A DNA stretch of 64,000 nt from assembly GCF_030144855.1 (NCBI RefSeq), contig NC_082709.1:149172001-149236000 (forward strand), written 5' to 3'. The notes beneath the pieces were generated by a model. It made no database searches, was not told where the DNA came from, and was given only the letters and a program-made list of their open reading frames with translations. The DNA is from Hypanus sabinus (Eukaryota). The position numbers and the translations under genes were made by a program. This document shows positions 24,360-37,750 of this stretch, piece after piece; the first letter of the stretch is position 1; every line of letters starts with the position of its first letter.

Positions 24360-24915
24360 GCGATAAGACACAGAAGCAGAATTAGGCCATCTGGCCCATC
24401 GAGTCTGCTCCACATTTGTCCATGGCTGATTTATTTTCCCTCTCAACCACATTCTCCTGCCTTCTCCCCGTAATCTTTGATGCCCTTACTAATAAAGAAC
24501 CTATCAACCTCCATGTAAAATAAGTCCAATGACTTGACACAGCCATCTGACAATAATTTCCTCTAATTCACCTCCATCTAACTAAATTCCTCATCTGTGT
24601 TCTAAAGGGGTTTTTCTATTCTGAAGCTGTGCCCTGTGATCTTAGACTCTCTCTTTGGAAATGTCCTCTCCACATCCACCCTATTCAGGCTTTTCAATAT
24701 TTGTTAGATTTCAATGAGATTTTCCCCCTCCACCCACCCATTCTTCTAAACTCCAGTGAGTACAGGTCCAGAGCCATCAAATGCTTTTCATATGTTATCT
24801 TTTTCATTCCTAGGATAATTCTTGTAAAAATCTTCTCAATCCTCTCCAATGCCAGCACATTCTTTCATAGATATGGGGCCCCACAACTGCTTAACCATGC
24901 TCCAAATGTGGACTG
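24360..24915 (-). mobile_element. CR1 3' fragment in TRIM45 intron 2
   Basis: CR1 tail agaattaggccatctggcccatcgagtctgctcc and ttctaaactccagtgagtacagg. Confidence 0.8.
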
Positions 24916-26054
24916 ACCAGTGTGGTTCTGAAGGTGATTTGGCAGAGGAGATATTGTTGATATTCTCTGACTGGAGTGTTTAGAGCTTGGGGGGGGGGGG
25001 GGGTCACAGTCTCAAAATAAGTTGAACATTCAAGACAAGGATGAAAAGAAATTTATTCACCAAAATGTGAAATTTTCTGCTTGGGGAGCTGGTGCAGGTT
25101 AGTAACACTTGTGTAAAAGATTAACCACAATCTTATTGAATGGCAGGACAAACATAAAGAGTCTCTTGTTTCCACATTTTATGTTATCATATCTGTATTG
25201 CTGGAGGCAATGTAGACATCAATGCAACATTTCAATCAATTGTAGTTTCAGTAAGTCAACAACATAATCTAGCAGGTTCCATTGGCTGCAGCAGGAGTAC
25301 CCTGTTACAAAGCAGGCTGTTGGTTATGATAAGATCATGGTTCAAGTCTCAATGTTTGCTTGAAAATGTTTCCCCTTTTATTGTGTCTGATTTCACCCAT
25401 GCCCCCACACAGCTAAATCCGGACCTATCAGATCTAAATATTTCCAGCAGTTTGTTATTATTGTTTATTGGTGGTTCTTTATTGTAGTTGTACTGCTCTG
25501 TGAAGAAAAGGTTTCCAGATTTATTCCATAGTGTCAGTATGTACTTCTCAAACACCTCTGATCACTGACTGTCTTTATGTTACCATATTGAAAGCTTGTC
25601 TAAGGACCAATCTTGGAAGTCAAAAGCTTTTTAATATTGCTAGGAAGGGTCTGAAAAGTGGTACAGCACACACAAAATGCTGGAGAATTCAGCAGGAGAG
25701 GCAGCACCTTTGGAAAAAAGTATAGTCAATGTATCAGGCCAAAACCCTTTGGCAGGACTCCAACGAGAGGTGACCTTTTGGAAGATCGAAGGAGGCTAGG
25801 GTGGTTCACAATTGCGTAACCTGAAAGGTGAACTGGTAAAGGTGATTTCGAAGAGCTACCATCCACAAAGAGGGTAAGATCCTGTGTGGGTAATGGGGCG
25901 TCTGAAAGGTCTGGTCGAAGGGTGGTTAAGTAATTGGGTAAAAGGCGATCATGGGGGGTACCGGGAGCTCTTCTGGTGGGCTGCTCAGGAAGGTTGCCGG
26001 ATTCACATTTGACCAGTAGGAGAAGGCCAGAAGGGGGTTATTCTGGAGAGCTAT

Positions 26055-26180
26055 CTCATAAAGGAAAGGAATGGAGGGTTATGGGCTGAGTGTGGGCCAG
26101 TGGGACTAGGTGAGAGTAAGCGTTTGGCACATACTAGAAGGGCCGAGATGGCCTGTTTCCGTGCTGTAATTGTTGTATGG
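26055..26180 (+). mobile_element. Short CR1 3' tail inserted in the ERV
   Basis: gggactaggtgagagtaagcgtt...tagaagggccgagatggcctgtttccgtgctgtaattg interrupts the RT-connection reading frame. Confidence 0.7.
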
Positions 26181-27540
26181 TGACTCAGGTGTGCCTGTGT
26201 AAGATGTTGGGTTTGGTGGGAAGTCAAGAGGGCTACAATAGCATGTGAGGAATAGACAGTCAGGGGTTGTTGGAGAGTAATATTGGAAGTGGCAATTACG
26301 AGGGAGTAGATAGCGGGGAGAATTTGTGAGCAGGGTGGGAGGCCCATGGCTACAGGGTCAAGGCGGGTCAACTAGTAGGCTACTGGTCTCTTGCGATCCC
26401 CATGGGCTTGGGTCAAAACAGCAGTTGCGCAGTCCTCCAGGATACAGCATACAACTGGAAAGGCCTGTCATACAAAGGTCTTCCGAATGCCGGGGCACTG
26501 GCAAGGGCCGGTTTTAATTCAGTGAAATCTGTCCGTTGCTCATCTGATAGGGTGAAGGTCTTTGGGGCCTTGCTTGAGGCCAAAGGGGTTAACTGCTTGC
26601 TGAGTAGTGTTACGTTAGGGAGCCACTGTCGGCAGTAGTTAACTAAGCCTAAGAAGACACGCATTTGCTTGGGGCTTGTGGGCAAAGGGGTCAGCAGAAT
26701 GGCTGCGATACGTTCCAGGGTCAATTGTCTATCAGAAGCAGTGAGTAAAGTTCCCAGGAATTTGACTTGGTGCTGGGTGTGCTTAACCTTGGCGGCTGGT
26801 ATGACATACCCGCAAGAATGGAGAGCGTTCAGGAGACGGTTGGTCTCTGCAATGTTAGCAGGTTCAGAAGGGCTGGCTAGGAGCAAGTCATCAACATATT
26901 GGACGATGGCAGAGCCAAAGCTCCCTGAGCTGCCGGTGCAGTACCTGGGAGAATAAAGTGGGGGAATGGACAAATCCCCAAGGGAGGCATGTCGAAGTGT
27001 ACTGCTGGCTCTTGGAGGTAAAGGCAAACAAATACTGTGATTCTCCTGCCAGAGGGATAGCAAAGAAAGCATGCTGTAAGTCAGCCAGGGTGAAAACACA
27101 GGTGTCGGCGGAGATGCTGCTAAGAATCGTCGCAGGGTTCGGCACAACCGGGTGTACAGGCTGGACTATTTTGTTGATCTGCCTGAGATCCTGCGCTAAT
27201 CTCCATTCCGGGCGTCCTGGTTTGGGGACAGGTAGAATGGGGTGTTGCAGGGTGACTGGCAAGGAACTAGGATGCTTTGTTGGAAGAATGATTTTATCAA
27301 GGTTGATATCCCCTCTATTGCTTCTGGACTTAGGGGGTACTGGGGTATTGAAGGCAGTTTCGTCCCTGGTATAATCTGGATCTTTATAGGCTCTACGGGG
27401 ATGCATCCTACTTCATGCGTAGAGGCTGACCAGAGATCGGGAAAGGGTTCTTCTGAGGGGTCATGTTGGGGTTGATGGTGGCAGAGTGGGCCCGTTATGG
27501 TGAAAGGGTCTGAAAGATAGTTTAAACTCCCATCGGTCAG

Positions 27541-27873
27541 TTATTGGGGTATGCCAGTGACACTGGGGTCTGACTGCTGCTTTGGGCGGTGTGCTAACAA
27601 TCCCAGGGCCTTTGCTTTGTATCCCTTGCTCACAGACAAGGTGATATGGGGAGATACCAAGCCTGGTTGATGCCAGAGGTGGACGGGAACGTCCACCAGG
27701 AGGGCGAGTCCCTCCTTACCCTCAATGCGTCCTACAGTGGTAACAGTGACAGTCGACCTTAGGAAAGGAGCAAAGGTTGCTAACAGCTCAGCGGAGGCTC
27801 CAGTGGAATCATAACAGAGGGTTACATCGGGATCAGGGACCTGCAGGGGAGGAGTAAAATCCTCCGGCCTCAA
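27541..27873 (-). CDS. 2H-phosphoesterase-like domain within ERV pol
   Basis: Lies between PR and RT; two spaced motifs PDVTL (His position reads Asp) and SPHITL. Confidence 0.7.
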   Translation of the reverse strand: MRPEDFTPPLQVPDPDVTLCYDSTGASAELLATFAPFLRSTVTVTTVGRIEGKEGLALLVDVPVHLWHQPGLVSPHITLSVSKGYKAKALGLLAHRPKQQSDPSVTGIPQ

Positions 27874-28919
27874 GTCAACAGCCCACCACTAGGGGAGCAA
27901 TAAATCCAAAATTGTCTCGTATTGTTTTTGGTGGTGATGCCCTTGTTAAGGCAAAGAATTTTGACTCGGAGGGAACACAACAAATCTCTTCCTGCTAGAT
28001 TAATCCCTAAACCAGGGGTTTGGGTGCATTGGACAGTACAGATCCGAGGGCCAGATTGGATAGTGGTTCTGTCAGGGGGTATTGTCTCTCCTGCTCGGTT
28101 AGACCGCTAAGGTTCATGGTGGCAGATGAGAGCCTAAATCCTTGCTGGTGCGCACAGCAGATTACAAGTGTTGAAGCTGTGGCCCCAGCATCAGTCTTAA
28201 AGGGGATTTCCCTGTCCTCAACAGTCAAGCATGCCATCGGCTCATCCTCAGTGTCCTTAGTCAATATGGGGACGTTCGGAAGGGAGGATAGTCAGGACGA
28301 GAAAGGGTTGCTGGTGGAAAAGAGTTGTCTCCTGCCCTGGGGCCTATTTTGCTGCCGTGTCTGGGCAGTTCTGTTGCCAGTGATTCCTGCCACCGCAGTT
28401 AAAATAGCCGTGTTGAACTTGGTGTTGCCGAACGGGGCGGGTGAGGCACTAGGCGGATTTTGCCAATTCTCCTCCTGATCATCGGTGTCATTATTTTGGA
28501 ACAGCAGTTTAGCATTTAATTTCCTGCATGTCAGCAGGACAAATTAATCTTCTAACATCTCGGAAGCTCAGGGAACCTCTCCGTTGTCTCGGGAAGTGTG
28601 GCAGCCGGGCAGGACTGAAATGCAGGCCCCAAAGATCCACTTTCCTCCTTCCTGTCGTCCTCCCGTCTAATGCACTGTCTCTGGAAGATGACATTGAAGA
28701 CCACAGAACAAGATTACGTTAACAGAGGGAGTTAGGAACGATTGTCTACTCTGCTTCACAGAGCCTTGGCTCACTCCCAGCACTCCAGACGCAGAGGGCT
28801 TCACCATCCACTGGATGGACTGGACAGTGGCATGAGGTAAAGCCATCTGCTTCATAATGCAGAAGCGTGGCGCTTCTGATTCAGTCCTGCTCCCCCAACC
28901 TGGAATCAATTGTTGTCCA

Positions 28920-31900
28920 TTCTATCTGCTGAGGCAATTCTCCTCTGTCATCCTGGTAACGGTGTACATTCCTCTCCTGGCTGATGTCAAGTTGGCACTA
29001 GAGGAACTGAGGCTGTGACCAGCAGTCACGAGACAGCACACCCAGATTACTTCAACCAGGCCAGCCTGAAGAATTCTCTGACAAACTACCACCAGCATGC
29101 CACCGATGGGACCAGCGGAGCCAACGCATTCAGTCGCTGTTGCAGCAGTGTTGAGAGCATTTACTGTGCTCACACTTTGTGCTGAGGATGGTCAAGGGAG
29201 GCAGAGGAGCATTTACACGACTGGTTTGAACTGGTGGACTGGACCATATTCAAGGATTCATCTTTAGCTGCAATATTTAAGTTGGGTGACAACACCACTG
29301 TTGTTGGCCGAATCAAAGGTGGTGACAAATTGGTGTATGGGAGGGAAATTGAAAATCTGGTTGAGTGGTGCCATAATAACTTCTCACTCAACGCTAGCAA
29401 AACTAAGAAGCTGATTATTGACTATGGGAGGAACAAGCTGGAGGTCCTCTATGAGCCAATCCTCAACAGGGGAAGAGAGATAGAGGGTCAGTAGGGTTAT
29501 CATGTCAGAGGATCTGTCTTGGGACCAGCACCTAACTGTAATCGCAAAGAAGGCAGGAGGACACCTCTGGATTGTTTTAGAAGTTTGCGTAGATTCGACT
29601 TGTCACCAAAAACTTTGACAAACTTCTATAGTTGCACAGTGGAGAGTTTCCTAACTGGTTGCATCATGACCTGGAGTGAAAACATTAGTGACCAGGAATG
29701 GAAAAATGGTGGATACAGGCAACGCCCTTGCCACCACTGAGTACCTTTACATTATGCACTGTGCACTGAAAGTAGCAGCCATCATCAAAGGACCCTGCCA
29801 TCCAGGGATACCCTCTTCCCACTGCCACCATCAGGCAGGAGGTACAGGTGTCTTGGGTCACACACCATCAGGTTCAGAACAGTTATTACCCTTCAACCAC
29901 CAGGCTCCCGAACTGGTGTGAATAACTTCGCTCATTACTAGTCTGAACTGATTCTACAACCTACAGACTTGCTTACAAAGAGCCTTTACAACTCACGTTC
30001 TCAGTATTATGATATTTGCATAGTTTGGTTTCTGCACATTGGTATGTCATTCTTTGTTCATCTATAGTTTTTCATAAAATTCTGTTGTACTTCTGTTTGT
30101 CCTGTAAAGGCCCGCAAGAATATTAATCTCAAGGTAATATATGGTAACGCATATACACTTCGATAATGCAATTACTTTGAACTTTGGATCTGGATGTGTG
30201 GATGGGTGTATGCCTTCAATAACAGACCGAGCATACCAAAACCTGAAGCTTTGGATGAGCCAGATCTGTGGTGTTCAAGGCCAGTGATCCAGTCCCTACA
30301 GGATGTACAGGCATGGCCTACTGAAGGCCAGTGTGAGAGCAAGAAGGCAACTCTGTGTGAAGTTATAGAAACAAATAGACGTTCAGCATCCACAGCAGGG
30401 TTTGCATGTTATTACTTCCTATAGGGCAAAACCTAACAGCATGAATGGCAGTGATGCTTCACTCCCCTACAACCTTTATGCATGCTTTGTAAATAGAATA
30501 TCACCATCAAAATATGAATCGCCACAGCCACTGCCGATTCTGTGTTCTCTGTCTCAGAGTCTGATGTCAGAACTTCCTTTAAGAGGGCGACATGCAGGGA
30601 ACTGAATATCTGTGCTGACCGCGTGCCTGGAATACTCGAGAACCACTTCAGACATCTTCAGCCGCTCACTGCTGTAGTTGGAGATTCCCAGCTGCTTTAA
30701 AAAAGGGCACCCATCACACCAGAGCCAGGAAGAACAAGGTGAGCTACCCAAATGACCGTTGCCTGGTAGCTCTGACATTGATTTGGTGATGAAGTACTTT
30801 GGGAGCAGCTCATGGTCGGAATTGACTCTTGTCTGACCTGCTGCAATTTGCTTGCAGCCACAAGAAGTTACCTGTATAATGGACACAATCTCACTGGACC
30901 AGAGCAGCTAGACAACAGCAAAACATACATCAGGCAGCTGCTTATTGATTAACATTCAACACCATCATCTCCTCAATACTAATCAATGAGCTTCAAAACC
31001 TGGACCTCAGTACCTCCCTCGACTTACTTATTGGGAGACCACAGTCACTACAGGTTCTCAATGACAATCAGCCCAGGCACACACAAAGCTCTACCCTCCC
31101 TACACTCGTGACTGTGTGGCTAGGCACAGCTCAAACACCATCAATAAATTGATGACACCGCAGTTGTTAGCAGAATCTCAGATGGTGATGAGGAGGTGTA
31201 CAGGAGTGAAATTAATCAGCCCATTGAGTGCTGTTACAACAACAATCTCGCACATGGGATCAACAGGACCAAGGATTTGATTACGTATCTCAGGAAGGAG
31301 AAGTTGGGAGAACACACACCAGTCCTCACTGACGGTCTGTGGTGGAGAGAGTGAGCAAGTTACTGGGCTTCAGCACCTCGGAGGATGTATCTTGGGTCCA
31401 ACCATCGCAAATAAGGCGTTTCAGCAGCTCTCCCTCATTAGGAGATTGAGGAGATTTGGTGACCGAGGCCTCCATCTGTCAGAGTTGATCATGGACATTG
31501 CTTCCTAGCTGTCTGGATACGTAGGCCTGGGCCATACGGTCTGGAGAGCAAACTGTTGCTCACGTTGCAAGCTCCCGTTCTCCACACATCGAATGAATCC
31601 AAAGGAACGGCAGAGACTGATTCAGTTTGGTACCCGCAGCATCACAGGAGTTGCCAGTCAATACTTAACTCATAGGGCTGCCTTAGGAACTCTAGATCAG
31701 GATTTTTCTCTCGGGGTCTACTCCCGAAGTCTTCCCCATGAGTGGGTATAGCCACAAGGCAGCGGAGATTTGAGATCGGAGTTCTTCTTCTAGATGAGCT
31801 GCCAACCATGGCAGACGAGCCACATCAGCCTGAAGCAACTGGTTTTAAGGTGCCAGTAACCTGGCTTTGTCCCTCCTCCTGTCAGTAGAGAGCATGCTGA

Positions 31901-32210
31901 ATGGTTGCACCACAGCCTGGTATGGAGTCTTCAATACAAAGGATTGCGAGAGGCTGCAGAGTATTGTAGACTCGGGAATTTCCAACACAGGCCCAACCTA
32001 CCCTGTCATCAAGGACATCTTCAAGAGGTGATGCCTCAAGAATGTGGCATCCATTATTAAAGACCTTCAGCCATCGGTTTGTGCCCTCTTTCCACCACTA
32101 CTGTCAGGTCTCTGAATGGTCCACGAACGCTACCTTGTAATTTGTCTTTCACACCGTTAATTTATATTGAGTTTTATTCCTTGCATTGTCCTGCTGCTGC
32201 AAAACAACAG
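28920..32210 (+). mobile_element. Two or more degenerate Rex1/Babar-type LINE fragments
   Basis: QFSSVILVTVYIP (endonuclease); DNTTVVGRIKGGDKLVYGREIENLVEWC...SLNASKTKKLIID; TNFYSCTVESFLTGCI; a second copy at about 30380-32210. Confidence 0.75.
31480..31890 (-). mobile_element. Short RTE-derived non-autonomous element
   Basis: Reverse strand reads ctctactgacagg...ggttactggcaccttaaaaccag...ggcagctcatctag...tatacccactcatgggg, which I recognise as an RTE-type 5' UTR; no TSD seen. Confidence 0.5.
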
Positions 32211-32249
32211 ATTTCATTCCATATGTCAGTGTTTTAAAAAAGTCCTGAT

Positions 32250-32390
32250 CAACACACACAAAATGCTGGAGGAACTCAGCAGGCCGGGCAGCATCTAGAA
32301 AAAGAGTAGCATCGACGTTTCAGGCTGAAACCCTTCAGTAGAACCCATCTGTCCTGCTGAAGGGTTTTGGCCTGAAATGTCGACTATACC
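32250..32390. repeat. Inverted pair of Penelope pLTR ends with degenerate hammerhead motifs
   Basis: atcgacgtttcaggctgaaacccttcag and ctgctgaagggttttggcctgaaatgtcgact are near reverse complements. Confidence 0.75.
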
Positions 32391-33461
32391 ATCCTGCATA
32401 CACCCTTCTTGAGGGGCTTACTTGCTCCACATGTTTCCTGTTCACCTCTAGGTCCTGCTAGTCCTTCTCTGTGTCCTTCCCTCTTTACTATTTAAGTCCA
32501 TTATTCTGTAATTTTTGGAAGTTTATTTTCATTTTTATTTTGGAAACTTACTGCTTTTGTTCCACTGAATATACTTATTATGTATACAGAATTAATGTCA
32601 GTCTTATCCTGAATTAATTCTTGTAAAGCCATTAAGTGACTGATATTGTTTCTCATTTGATATCAAAATTGACAGATTTTTACGCCTTTGCTCAAGGTAA
32701 TTAGCACTCCAGCTTTTTGAAGCCATCAACTTCCTTCCTTATTTCATCCATCCTCACATTTGGTGGGACTTCAGAAGATTGTGTGCCCTAGTCAGAGATC
32801 ATAATATCCATCAAAGAGCTGAGATATCGGCTCATTGCTGGGTTACAGTGCACTCATCCCATCCAGTTTGATGACTGCTTTGTGGCCATTGAATGTGAGG
32901 GCTTGGGAAAAGGTTTTAAATGTTGTATTGAACCCTTGCCCGCTGCAGCCCGTCATTTCATTTTGCTACTTACCATGGTGGAGCAGAAGCTGGGTACGTC
33001 CCCGCTGGACAAATGTGGGACAGTCTCCTGCGCTGTCAGTTCATCTCAAGTGTTAAGATGCACTATGAAATGGAGTAAAGTAAGTGGTGTTATTTATGAA
33101 CATGAGTTCCCTGCATGGGAAAAACAGAAATAGAGATTATTTTTGTCACTATCAGAAAAATCGTTAACCGCCTTTTAACTTCCTTTTAATGTCCTTTGAC
33201 TTGCAAGAGGAAGCTTTTGGTTTTCGCTGGGCTGTCTACTGATACTGTATAGTTCACAGCACATCCCAGAGAGAGTGTGGGCTGTGTTCAGTGGCTGGGC
33301 TCAAATTTGCTTCACACTGAGCATTAAATTACATGAATGAAATGCAGATCTCTCATTGTTTATCTTAAGTAGTGAGAATAAGTGGTTTAAGGTTGTGTAT
33401 TGCTTTCCAGTTGCATGATGAATTGCGATGTGTAACTCGTGTCCAATTTGCTGTCATTCAG

Positions 33462-33591
33462 GTCTCAATGTGGCTCAACAAGACCAACCAAGTGCTTTCA
33501 CACTAGTCTGCAATGACCAATCGGGGCAGAAGATGGGAAGGGGAAGTGAATCTATTCGAGTGAGCATCTTCAATAAGAATAAGAAAGAATG
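33462..33591 (+). CDS. TRIM45: TRIM45 coding exon 3 (filamin-type repeat)
   Basis: GLNVAQQDQPSAFTLVCNDQSGQKMGRGSESIRVSIFNKNKKE; phases match neighbours. Confidence 0.9.
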
Positions 33592-34567
33592 GTGGGTAAT
33601 TTGCAAGAAAGTGAGCAGGAAGGTAAATTAATCTCTAATAGACTGTAGGTGTCTTGCTGAGTAAAGCAGTTTAAGCTTGGGTGAGTAATTAATTAGTGTA
33701 ACTTCCATTTCCAAATATAAATTAGGTTAATTTGATTCTGTAGTTTGATTTTTATATTTGCTATAGTTAACTTGCTAGACCTGTACTGCTATGGTAGCGG
33801 TTAGTTAATATTCTGTTAATAATTTGGGATTTGAAAACAAAAAGTTAGCTGTTAATAATGATGGCTACAGAAATGGCAGATTAGTGCAAAACCCATCTGG
33901 TTCTCTACTGTTCTTCAGGAGAGGAATCCTATCATAGAGTAATTCACAAACCCTTTAGCTCAAATTTTCCATCCCAACCAAACTCCCTTTCTACACTAAT
34001 TCCATTTGCCTAGATTTGACCCATATTCCTCAAAACCTCTCCTCTCCATCTAAGAGTCCAAATAGCTTTTAAACATTGTAATCGTCCCTGCCACTGGCAC
34101 CTTGTTCCCACCTAGTTCGGCCAATGCACGACTTCAAACTCACCATTATAGTTAACTCTCAAGTACCTTGCCACTCATTTCCAGTAAGGATTGATGAAAA
34201 ATGAAACATTGCTTCCAATACTGTAAGACAGTTGTTTTGTTCGCTGCCAAAAACAGAAAAAATACTTAATTACAAAATATTTGGACATTTATCTTTATAG
34301 TCGAATAATACTAAATTTTCTATGGAAAATCAGAATTCTTTGAACCTGTGGGCATCTTTCTGTGGGGCCTAATTCCATACTGTATTACTCTATGACTGAG
34401 ATTTGACTGAAAATTTAACAGAATTTGTAGTAATTCTTGTATCTGCTTGCATCAGAATCAGCATTTTCATCTCTGGTTTGGAAAGAGAGACACCTCAACA
34501 GTAATCCATTGCTTTACTGAAAGTATTTACTCTGAATATGCCGGTCATCTATTATTTCAATCCACAG

Positions 34568-34679
34568 TATCAAAACAACACTGCAAGATAATCACGATGG
34601 AACTTACCGAATTATATATACACCTCGGATGTCAGGCTCATATGTGGCGTGGGTCTGTATAAATGGACAGCATGTACAG
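34568..34679 (+). CDS. TRIM45: TRIM45 coding exon 4 (filamin-type repeat)
   Basis: IKTTLQDNHDGTYRIIYTPRMSGSYVAWVCINGQHVQ; cag|gtgggt. Confidence 0.92.
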
Positions 34680-35969
34680 GTGGGTCAAGACTGGTATAAG
34701 TGATATAAAGATTTCAAATTATCTTGATGTTGCATAAAACAGCTTGCATTCTGTTCTAGTGGAATGGATTTGAAAATGAACTAAGTATTAATGTTTCTCT
34801 CTGTCTGAAAATGAGACACCTTCTTGCTCCTGACCATCACATTATGTACACATGCAAAGTTTTTCCACTGACTACAGTGTAATAATGTGAGCTGGATACT
34901 GGAATTTACAGTAGCTTTATTCTGAACTGGATCCTGTCCTCAAAATCACTTCCTTACTCTTTCACAGGAGTGGGTGTTTTAAAAAAAAGAGGAAGCTAGA
35001 CTTCTTCCTTGCTTCAAGAAAAAAGTGCTTCTCTCATTATGAAAATAATCTGGTATTTTTTTTTATTTCTGCATTACCGAATAACATGAAATATCTTGGA
35101 ACCTCTGTCTAAGTGTATTCTGCATTTTTTCCTTCCAGGCATTAATTTTCTGGCCTGTTTCAGATTGATCCAAAAGTTGTTCTTGTGTGAAGCTGCTTAG
35201 AGCAGATTGCACACACTGTGTTAATTTATAGAAATAAACAGCTGAGTAAACAAGTCCCTTTACCCCTCCTGAGTCCACTCACCTACTACCCACATACTTG
35301 ACTCATCAGTGCCCTCTTTCCCTCTTCTGGTTCCATTACCAGATTCTCTCCCACTGATTGCTATCATCTCATTCCTTACCTATCACATAGCAGCACTAGT
35401 TCCCACTTAATATCCCCTAGCAGCATTCTCTGCCTTCACCCTTCCTCCTGCTGGCTCCGTCTCTCAACTCCACCCATCCCTCTCTCTGACCTGGCTCCAA
35501 CCTACCTCTCATCCTTCACTGACCCACAGTTTAGCGGTCATCGTTCGTCCCGTCTCACCATCACCAAACCCCACCCCTTTGTAATGGCAATCATCCGTCT
35601 TCAGTCTCAGCCCCAATGCAGGGTTTTGATCTGAAATGTCAGCATGACTTTTCCTTCCGTGGATGCCGAACTCTGCTGGCAGATTGCGTGTTTCTCCAAA
35701 TTCCAGCATCTGGAATTCCTTGCATCTCCTATTCATTCACTAAAATTCAGAGTGTTACTTCTAAATGTTTCAGATCCACTCAGGTAATCGGCATGCTGAA
35801 AATCAGCTATGCTGTCGTATGGGAAAGGTCGTTAACTGCAGATGCTGGAACCCGGAACCACTGTCCATTTCCCTCTACAGCCGTCTGATCCGCTGAGCTC
35901 CACCAGCAGCTTGACGGTTTTCCCTTTTGTTCACATTGTTCTCTGCACTCTTTTAATAGGAATGTAATT

Positions 35970-37210
35970 TGCACTCAGAGGCCACTCTCGTAGGTACACA
36001 TGCTTGTCAATGCAAATACCTAACCAGCCAATCATGTGGCAGCAACTTGGTGCATATAAGCATGCAGGCATGGTCAAAGAGGTTCAGTTGTTCAATGGGA
36101 AAGAAATGTAATCTAAGCAACTTTGACTGTGGAATGATTGCTGGTGTCAGAAGGGATGGTTTGAGTATCTCAAAAATTCAAAGTTCAAAGTACATTTATT
36201 ATCAAAGAATGTATACTTCATACAACCTTGAGATTTGTCTTCTTACAGGCAGCCACAAAACAAAGAAACACTGTAGAAGCCATTTTTAAAAAAAACCCAC
36301 ACACACACCCAATATATGGAAAAAAGGAATAAATAATGCAAATGATAAAAGTAAACAAGTAACAAAGAATGGGAACTGCAGAGCTCCAAAAACAAGTTCA
36401 CAGCCACAGAACCGGTTCAGTGCTGAGGTGAGTGCAGCCAGCCCAGAAGCCCGATAGCCACATCCACAGAGCCAGATCAACACTGAGGCGAGTGTTGCCG
36501 ATGGTTGCAGGCCATAGCTGCAGAGTCAGCCCGGTGCCGAGGCGGGCAAACCCCACGGACCAGTGAACTGAACAACGGCCTGACCTCTACCGTCAGCCTC
36601 AATCTCACTCGGCACTTATGTCAGCCAAGCATCAGTTTTTATTTTGGTTTTAGACCCAGGCCTCGCTGCTTTGATCCCGCCCCAGTTCCACTGCAGCAAT
36701 GGCTGATGCCATCGTACCTGGACTCTCGAGTGTCCAGCCCACCAAATTCCCCAGGACTCTGCAAAAATCACCAGGTCCTATGAAGAGAAGCCACAGCGTG
36801 TGGAGTGCAGTGATCATAGTCCAGAAAAAGGTGAATGGTAGTATTAATAGAATAATTGATGGTTTTGTTTGCTGTCTGTAAAGTTTCACTCTGATTCACC
36901 GGTGCCTGAGTTATTTCTGGGCTTTTCACACACAATCATCACTAGAGTTTAAAGAGAATGGTTTGGAAAAACAAAAGACATCCAGTTCTGTGGGTGAAAA
37001 TTCCTTATTAATGAAAGCTGTCAGAGGAGAGTGGCCAGACTGGTTCAAGCTGACAGGAAGGCAACAGTAACTCAAGTAACCTCACGTTACAATGATGGTA
37101 TGCAAAAGAGCATTTCTGAATGCACAGCATTCATTGAATGCACAGAACCTTGAAGCGGGTGGGCTACAGCAGCAGAAGACAGGGAACATACACTCAGTGG
37201 CCAGGAAGTG
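35970..37210 (+). mobile_element. Non-autonomous Tc1-like element, interrupted by a LINE-tail insertion at about 36175-36890
   Basis: cactcag(a/t)ggccac termini; internal cagccaatcatgtggcagcaact and ggttcaagctgacaggaaggc; same family at 39230-40110 and 56583-57114. Confidence 0.7.
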
Positions 37211-37535
37211 TATTTTGGGTGGATAATGCCTGCACTGTTACAGCACATACCTGAAATTAAACACACTGATCAGAGTAGTCTTTGTCCTAAAAGTATAGAA
37301 ATTATTTCATCTGATGTCAACAGCTTTCAGATTTGTTAATGGAAAACTTGCCTCAATCTTATCAACCTCATTGATTTCTGATTGTACAGCCTTTACTTTA
37401 TCTGAAGCTGGAGGTTGCCCCACTTGTCCTTCGAAATGTTCGCTGTACAGCAAACGCAAACACAATTTGAATACTTCTGCAAAAGTATACAGTTAGGGTG
37501 TGTGATACTTTTGCACAGTACTGTAGTAATTTGAT

Positions 37536-37750
37536 ATACAGGTGTCTCCCCCACCCTCTTACAAAGGTTGAGCGTTCCTATGAAACCTTTCTTAAGCCAA
37601 AATGGCGTAAAGCGAAGAACCCTTAATTTATATGGGAAAAATTTTCCAAAATGCAAAAACCCTCTTTGTAATGCGAAAACAAGTGACTAATGTAGGTCTT
37701 TTGTAAAAGCGGAGTGGCATAAAGTGAACATTTGTAAAGCGGGGTACACT
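37536..37750. mobile_element. Tigger-like MITE
   Basis: tacaggtgtctcccc...ttacaaa versus tttgtaaagcggggtacactg as imperfect TIRs; about 215 bp. Confidence 0.45.

Larger units (their letters stand above)
25765..28915 (-). mobile_element. Endogenous retrovirus fragment (class I, epsilon-like): gag C-terminus, PR, 2H domain, RT, start of RNase H
   Basis: NC knuckle (Y)FNCGGRNHWQQNCP at about 28370-28415; protease EIPFKTDAGATAS; RT PILPVPKPGRPEWRLAQDLRQIN...LPWGFVHSPTLFSQ and YVDDLLLAS; FLGLVNYCRQW; RNase H LFVDGSS near 25850. No LTR, integrase or env attached. Confidence 0.9.

Noticed and set aside
31700-31890. Possible HDV-like ribozyme in the RTE-type 5' UTR
   Set aside because: Found a small ccgc-loop-gcgg-type hairpin but could not build P1/P2 pairings by eye; needs a descriptor search
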